Shown here: positions 26,082-30,289 of the stretch, piece by piece
Numbering within the stretch: the stretch's first letter is position 1
How the letters are laid out: each line of letters begins with the position of its first letter
IMG/VR virus record: IMGVR_UViG_3300027844_000115
Coordinates: 1-30,289 of that record
Length of the DNA stretch: 30,289 nucleotides
Strand: one strand, 5' to 3'
Source of the DNA: a virus
Lineage: Duplodnaviria > Caudoviricetes
The notes under the pieces: model-generated
What the model saw: only the letters and a program-made list of their open reading frames with translations
Databases searched by the model: none
What the model was told of the DNA's origin: nothing
Translations under genes and position numbers: made by a program

Positions 26082-27540
26082 TTTTACTGCTTGGTTTTAT
26101 GTTTTAATAATTTTCTTAGTATTAGGGTGGGCTTGTTTTGCTTATGATACAACTACAAACAATCTTTTAAACCAAGACTTCACTAACAATTCTTGGTCTG
26201 GGACTAACCAAAGTAGTAGGCATGGTAATAGTACAATTGCTGGAGTAGACAGTAAATATGTAGAGTCTACTATATCATTAAGAGATACTCTTACACAAGA
26301 ACAGATAAATGGCGGCTTTAGCTCAGTGCTAGGTGCAGACATCTGGTTCTGGAACAATAGAGAACAGTCAGTTGTAATGAAGCAAACAATAGGTGGAGTT
26401 ACTCAAACTCGTATTGTTGATAGAGCTGATGGTTATTATAATACTTACACAGACACTATCATTATAAATAAAAATACAGTTACTGATTACGATGTGAATG
26501 TAAAGTTTGAGTTCAATGAGTCAGGCAATTCTAATTACCACTATGCAGCAGACCTAAAGAACCCCACACTGGCAGTCACCTATTGGGCTACTCCAGTACA
26601 ACCAGATGTAATAGAAGATATAGAAGACATAGTAGACGACATTGCAGAATGGGAAACAGAGTTTGTTGACCCTGTTATAGAGGAGCCTACTTTTGTTCCA
26701 CCTGTATTTCAAGAAGAGTTTTTTGAAGAATTTGTTTTAGAGGAGACACAGACAATCATTTTATTAGAAGAAGAATTTGAAACTTTGGAAGAAGAATTTG
26801 AAGACGTCGAAATATTACAGGCGTTTGGAGGACCAGAAATTGTGGAAGAACCCCCTGAAGAAGAAACTGTTGGAGAGCCAGCAGTGGAAACTTTTGCAGC
26901 GAGCCTCATGGAAGAACAGAGTGAACCAACTGAAACCACCTCGGTGGAAACGGTTCCAGAAGAGCTTGCGAGTGAGTCACCCGGACCAAGCGACGAGCCT
27001 GTGGCGATGACTGAACCTCAAGAAGAAACTGAAGAAGAGGAATACAATGAACCCACAGTTACTACTGAAACTTTTGCTTCAAACGAAACCACAGAAGAGG
27101 AAAGCGTTGTTGAAGCACCTGGAGGAGAAAAAGATGGCCTACAAGCTGACGTCAAAGTCGAAGAAAAAGAAGCCTCCGAAGTCAAAGTAGACGTAGATAG
27201 TATTACGGCTAAAGTAGAAACGATGGTTAAGGCTATCGACAAACAACTAGCGATTATTAACGTTGTCACACAGCGTATAATGGCCGGTAAAGCCCCTAAC
27301 TTATCTAACTACACAGCTGCAAACGCTGATTTATTTCAACCACAAGTTTTTTATAGTCCTAGAGAGTATAATGACAGTGTTGATTTAAGTGTTTATGAAT
27401 CACAAATCTACACAGACGGTAATGTCATACAACAAATTGTTATGAATGACCCTGTTTATAAATATCAAGAAGATTTACGCACAGCAACTTTTAATAGAAT
27501 AGAAGCTGAACGTCAATTAATGGAGATAAGAGGTTATTAA
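26074..27540 (+). CDS. Exported/membrane-anchored protein with beta-rich domain and long Glu-rich linker
   Basis: Start at ATG 26074 (or 26068) gives a signal-like N-terminus ending CFA and overlaps the previous stop. Acidic tract ~26600-27200, helical C-terminus. Confidence 0.75.
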   Translation: MNSFTAWFYVLIIFLVLGWACFAYDTTTNNLLNQDFTNNSWSGTNQSSRHGNSTIAGVDSKYVESTISLRDTLTQEQINGGFSSVLGADIWFWNNREQSVVMKQTIGGVTQTRIVDRADGYYNTYTDTIIINKNTVTDYDVNVKFEFNESGNSNYHYAADLKNPTLAVTYWATPVQPDVIEDIEDIVDDIAEWETEFVDPVIEEPTFVPPVFQEEFFEEFVLEETQTIILLEEEFETLEEEFEDVEILQAFGGPEIVEEPPEEETVGEPAVETFAASLMEEQSEPTETTSVETVPEELASESPGPSDEPVAMTEPQEETEEEEYNEPTVTTETFASNETTEEESVVEAPGGEKDGLQADVKVEEKEASEVKVDVDSITAKVETMVKAIDKQLAIINVVTQRIMAGKAPNLSNYTAANADLFQPQVFYSPREYNDSVDLSVYESQIYTDGNVIQQIVMNDPVYKYQEDLRTATFNRIEAERQLMEIRGY

Positions 27541-27541
27541 T

Positions 27542-27784
27542 ATGAATTTTGTAGAAACACTAAAAAAATACGCTGTGTTAGTAGGTATTATAACTACTCT
27601 TGGTGGTGGTTTTTATACTTGGGGTGTGTTTAATAACAGACTCGATGAGCTTGAACAGTCTACCAGCACAAAAGCAGTTAAAGAATTAAATAATAAAGTT
27701 AACGTCCTTGAAAAAGAACTTAGAGTTCTTGAAACTAAATTTGAGGAACAGTCAGTACGGCTGAAAAACCCACTAAAATATTAA
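27542..27784 (+). CDS. Small membrane-anchored coiled-coil protein
   Basis: GAGG SD, TM segment YAVLVGIITTLGGGFYTWGVF, heptad-rich C-terminus ending NPLKY. Confidence 0.75.
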   Translation: MNFVETLKKYAVLVGIITTLGGGFYTWGVFNNRLDELEQSTSTKAVKELNNKVNVLEKELRVLETKFEEQSVRLKNPLKY

Positions 27785-27794
27785 GGAGTGTAGT

Positions 27795-27965
27795 ATGTTT
27801 AAGAAAGATGATATTAAAGGCGTCGCCGGTGATGTTAATGAGGAGCTAGAAGACGAACTAGCCCAGCCCATTTTAATAATGTGGAACTCATTATCATGGC
27901 GAGGTAAGATTTACATAACAGCAAGCCAGTTATTAGTAATAATACTAGCTTGGTGGATAGGTTAG
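27795..27965 (+). CDS. 56-aa protein with acidic N-terminus and C-terminal TM helix
   Basis: AAGGAG SD. MFKKDDIKGVAGDVNEELEDELAQPILIMWNSLSWRGKIYITASQLLVIILAWWIG. Below the ORF track cutoff. Confidence 0.7.
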   Translation: MFKKDDIKGVAGDVNEELEDELAQPILIMWNSLSWRGKIYITASQLLVIILAWWIG

Positions 27966-28010
27966 GTTTAAAAATGCAGGAGACTGCGACTTAACTTCTA
28001 GGAGTATACA

Positions 28011-28226
28011 ATGGACGAAAGTCAACAAGAAACAGTGAAGCAGGTTTTAGATGAATTACCTGTTTTACTGGTTATGCACGCCTATCACAAACTTAAATCA
28101 GGAGAGGACCTTACGGCATCTGAGCTGAAAGTATGCTTAGATGTATGTAAAACGTATAGTGAACCTGAGATAGTTGAGCGGGCTGCAAGCATATTAGAAG
28201 ACTTACCGTTTGACCATGATGAGTAA
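28011..28226 (+). CDS. Terminase small subunit, gp18-like
   Basis: AGGAG SD, LKSGEDLTASEL and LEDLPFD patterns, overlaps the terminase large subunit start. Confidence 0.75.
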   Translation: MDESQQETVKQVLDELPVLLVMHAYHKLKSGEDLTASELKVCLDVCKTYSEPEIVERAASILEDLPFDHDE

Positions 28227-29859
28227 AGGCGTAGAGAATTTTAAAAATTTCTTATACTTGTGCTGGAAACATTTATTATTACCACAGCCAACACCAGTAC
28301 AGTACGATATTGCTGATTACTTACAGAGTCCAGACAAAAGATTAGTTATCCAAGCGTTTAGAGGCGTGGGAAAATCTTGGATAACCTCTGCTTTTGTTTG
28401 TCACCAACTCTTACTCAATCCCCAAAGGAACATCTTAGTTGTCTCTGCATCTAAAAGTAGGGCTGATGATTTCAGTACATTTACACAGCGACTCATAGCT
28501 GAGATGCCACTATTAGTACACTTACAACCACACCATGACCAGCGTTCCAGTAAGGTCAGCTTTGATGTGGGCCCTGCAAAGGCCTCACATGCTCCTTCTG
28601 TTAAGTCCATGGGTATAACAGGACAGTTAACAGGGAGTCGTGCTGACTTAATTATTGCTGATGACGTTGAAAGTGCCAACAACTCACAGACACAACTGAT
28701 GAGAGATAGGCTTGGTGAGACTGTAAAAGAGTTTGACGCTATTATTAAACCTAAAGTAGGACGTATTATCTTCCTAGGTACACCTCAAACGGAGATGTCC
28801 CTATACAATAGCCTGGAAGAACGTGGTTATAAGACTAAAATATGGCCAGCATTGTACCCAACTAACGCACAACGTATTGGATATGGGTCTAAATTGTCCT
28901 CTATAATTGCTGATAAAACGGAAATTGAGGGAGAACCTACGGATAGTGACAGGTTTAACAAGATAGATTTGATGGAACGTCTAGCATCTTACGGACGTAG
29001 TGGGTTTAACCTGCAGTTTATGTTAGATACAACGATGTCTGACGCTAATAGATACCCATTAAAACTGAATGATTTAATAATTTTGAGTGGTTGTTCCACT
29101 TGGACAGAAGCTCCTGCACAAATACAGTGGGCCTCATCTACTGAACAGATAAAAGCTATAGACAGTGACGTCCCCAATGTGGGACTAAAGGGCGACTACT
29201 ACGTAGGCCCTATGCACACGTCAGCTGAATACACAAAGTTTGAAGGAACAGCTATGTCTATTGACCCTAGTGGTAGAGGTAAGGACAAAACAGCCTATGC
29301 TGTACTTAAAATGTTACATGGAGTCTTATACCTCACCGCTGTGGGCGCACTAGAAGGCGGATACTCTGAAGAGACTTTAGAAAAACTAGCCAGAATTGCT
29401 AAAAAACAAGACGTAAACTACATTACTATCGAGAGTAACTTCGGTGATGGTATGGCTACACAGCTCATTAAGCCTGTGTTAGCTAAGATACACCCATGTG
29501 AAGTGGAAGAAGTAAGACACCATACGCAGAAAGAGAAGCGTATTATTGATACTTTGGAACCTATTATGAATAACCACAAGCTAGTTGTTGATGAGTCTTT
29601 AATACGTGAGGATTTCAAACAAGAACCACAGCATCAGTTATTTAGACAGATGACACGTATCACAAGAGACAGAGGTGCACTGAAACATGATGATGCTATT
29701 GACGCACTAGCAATAGCAGCTAACTATTGGGTGACAAGAATGGACAGAGATGCCGTTCTATCCTATAACCAGCACAAAGAACACTTACTCGGCGTGGAAT
29801 TAGATAGCTTTATGGAGTCGAGTATAGGGCGGACACCTAGGAGTGACTCATGGATTTAA
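28216..29859 (+). CDS. gp19: Terminase large subunit
   Basis: Walker A QAFRGVGKSW, LTGSRADLIIADDVE, FLGTPQ, nuclease motifs IDPSGRGKD, ESNFGDG, HDDAIDALA. Start is ATG 28216 or 28219 (track uses TTG 28210). Confidence 0.97.
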   Translation: MMSKGVENFKNFLYLCWKHLLLPQPTPVQYDIADYLQSPDKRLVIQAFRGVGKSWITSAFVCHQLLLNPQRNILVVSASKSRADDFSTFTQRLIAEMPLLVHLQPHHDQRSSKVSFDVGPAKASHAPSVKSMGITGQLTGSRADLIIADDVESANNSQTQLMRDRLGETVKEFDAIIKPKVGRIIFLGTPQTEMSLYNSLEERGYKTKIWPALYPTNAQRIGYGSKLSSIIADKTEIEGEPTDSDRFNKIDLMERLASYGRSGFNLQFMLDTTMSDANRYPLKLNDLIILSGCSTWTEAPAQIQWASSTEQIKAIDSDVPNVGLKGDYYVGPMHTSAEYTKFEGTAMSIDPSGRGKDKTAYAVLKMLHGVLYLTAVGALEGGYSEETLEKLARIAKKQDVNYITIESNFGDGMATQLIKPVLAKIHPCEVEEVRHHTQKEKRIIDTLEPIMNNHKLVVDESLIREDFKQEPQHQLFRQMTRITRDRGALKHDDAIDALAIAANYWVTRMDRDAVLSYNQHKEHLLGVELDSFMESSIGRTPRSDSWI

Positions 29860-30050
29860 GAAAAACCTTTGATAGTCTTCATCTACAAGTGAAGAACTTA
29901 GTGGCCTATGCTTATTATCACCATAAAGACGACACACAGCTGACACACCACTGTAAAGAAGTTATTAACATAGTAGATGATATATACGCTTACTTTTGGG
30001 AAGATGATTTACAGTATATTAAAGAAGATGATGAGGAGATGCCCCATTGA
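29850..30050 (+). CDS. Hypothetical protein (66 aa)
   Basis: AGGAG SD, overlaps the terminase end, coupled to the next gene. Confidence 0.65.
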   Translation: MDLRKTFDSLHLQVKNLVAYAYYHHKDDTQLTHHCKEVINIVDDIYAYFWEDDLQYIKEDDEEMPH

Positions 30051-30289
30051 CAAGGAATGAATACTTGACAGAAGTCGTACAAGCACGGATAAAACACAAT
30101 GAGCATTATAGACAATTACCATATCGGTTAAAATATGATGATGCTACGGGTAAAACTATACAAGAAAAGTTTCAAACTGTTGGATATGGACACAAGATAA
30201 TCCCTGGAGAGACTCTTCCTACTGACAAAGAAGGTTTCGAGAAGTTGTTTGTCTCTGATTTTGACATAGCAGTAAAAGGGGTAGAAACA
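30047..30289 (+). CDS. GH24 / T4-lysozyme-like endolysin, N-terminal part (3'-truncated by the window)
   Basis: TTG start overlapping the previous TGA, GAGGAG SD. Reads MTRNEYLTEVVQARIKHNEHYRQLPYRLKYDDATGKTIQEKFQTVGYGHKII...EKLFVSDFDIAVKGVET, with catalytic Glu and TxGYGH motif. Confidence 0.8.
   Translation, partial: MTRNEYLTEVVQARIKHNEHYRQLPYRLKYDDATGKTIQEKFQTVGYGHKIIPGETLPTDKEGFEKLFVSDFDIAVKGVET

Larger units (their letters stand above)
1..30289 (+). mobile_element. T7-like (Autographiviridae-type) phage genome fragment, replication through packaging modules
   Basis: Co-directional, tightly packed genes in T7 order gp3-gp4-gp5-gp6 ... gp8-gp19. No host genes, integrase or att site in the window. 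Confidence 0.97.

Noticed and set aside
26110-26145. Possible lipobox (GWAC) making the large exported protein an o-spanin lipoprotein
   Set aside because: Does not fit the [LVI][ASTVI][GAS]C consensus. Signal peptidase I cleavage after CFA is more plausible.
27975-27988. Small TGCAG-gaga-CTGCG GNRA hairpin before the terminase small subunit
   Set aside because: Only 4-5 bp with no U tract. Could arise by chance.
752-29618. Numerous 60-160 aa minus-strand and alternate-frame ORFs in the track
   Set aside because: All overlap well-supported + strand genes and show no recognisable motifs.

Overview
A ~30 kb internal fragment of an AT-rich T7-like podovirus genome (Autographiviridae-type gene order), with all real genes on the + strand. 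The order is: 3' end of endonuclease I, primase-helicase, family A DNA polymerase (Tyr762 type), 5'-3' exonuclease, DUF3310 protein, probable class II (B12) ribonucleotide reductase, then the virion module (gp6.7/7.3-like, portal, scaffold, major capsid, terminator, tail tube A/B, internal proteins gp13-16, repeat-rich tail fibre). A holin-like/membrane block with a cluster of unexplained exported proteins follows, then the terminase subunits and a truncated GH24-like lysozyme at the right edge that the ORF track missed. Gene content resembles marine alphaproteobacterial phages (inference). Two 24/25-identical motifs look like phage RNA polymerase promoters. The most unusual items are the exported-protein cassette (25410-27965), twin hairpins with anti-Shine-Dalgarno loops before the primase, a 23-aa Cys microprotein, the tail fibre repeat hierarchy and CG-poor tip, and apparent GATC avoidance. 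Product names come from motif recognition and synteny, not from database searches.
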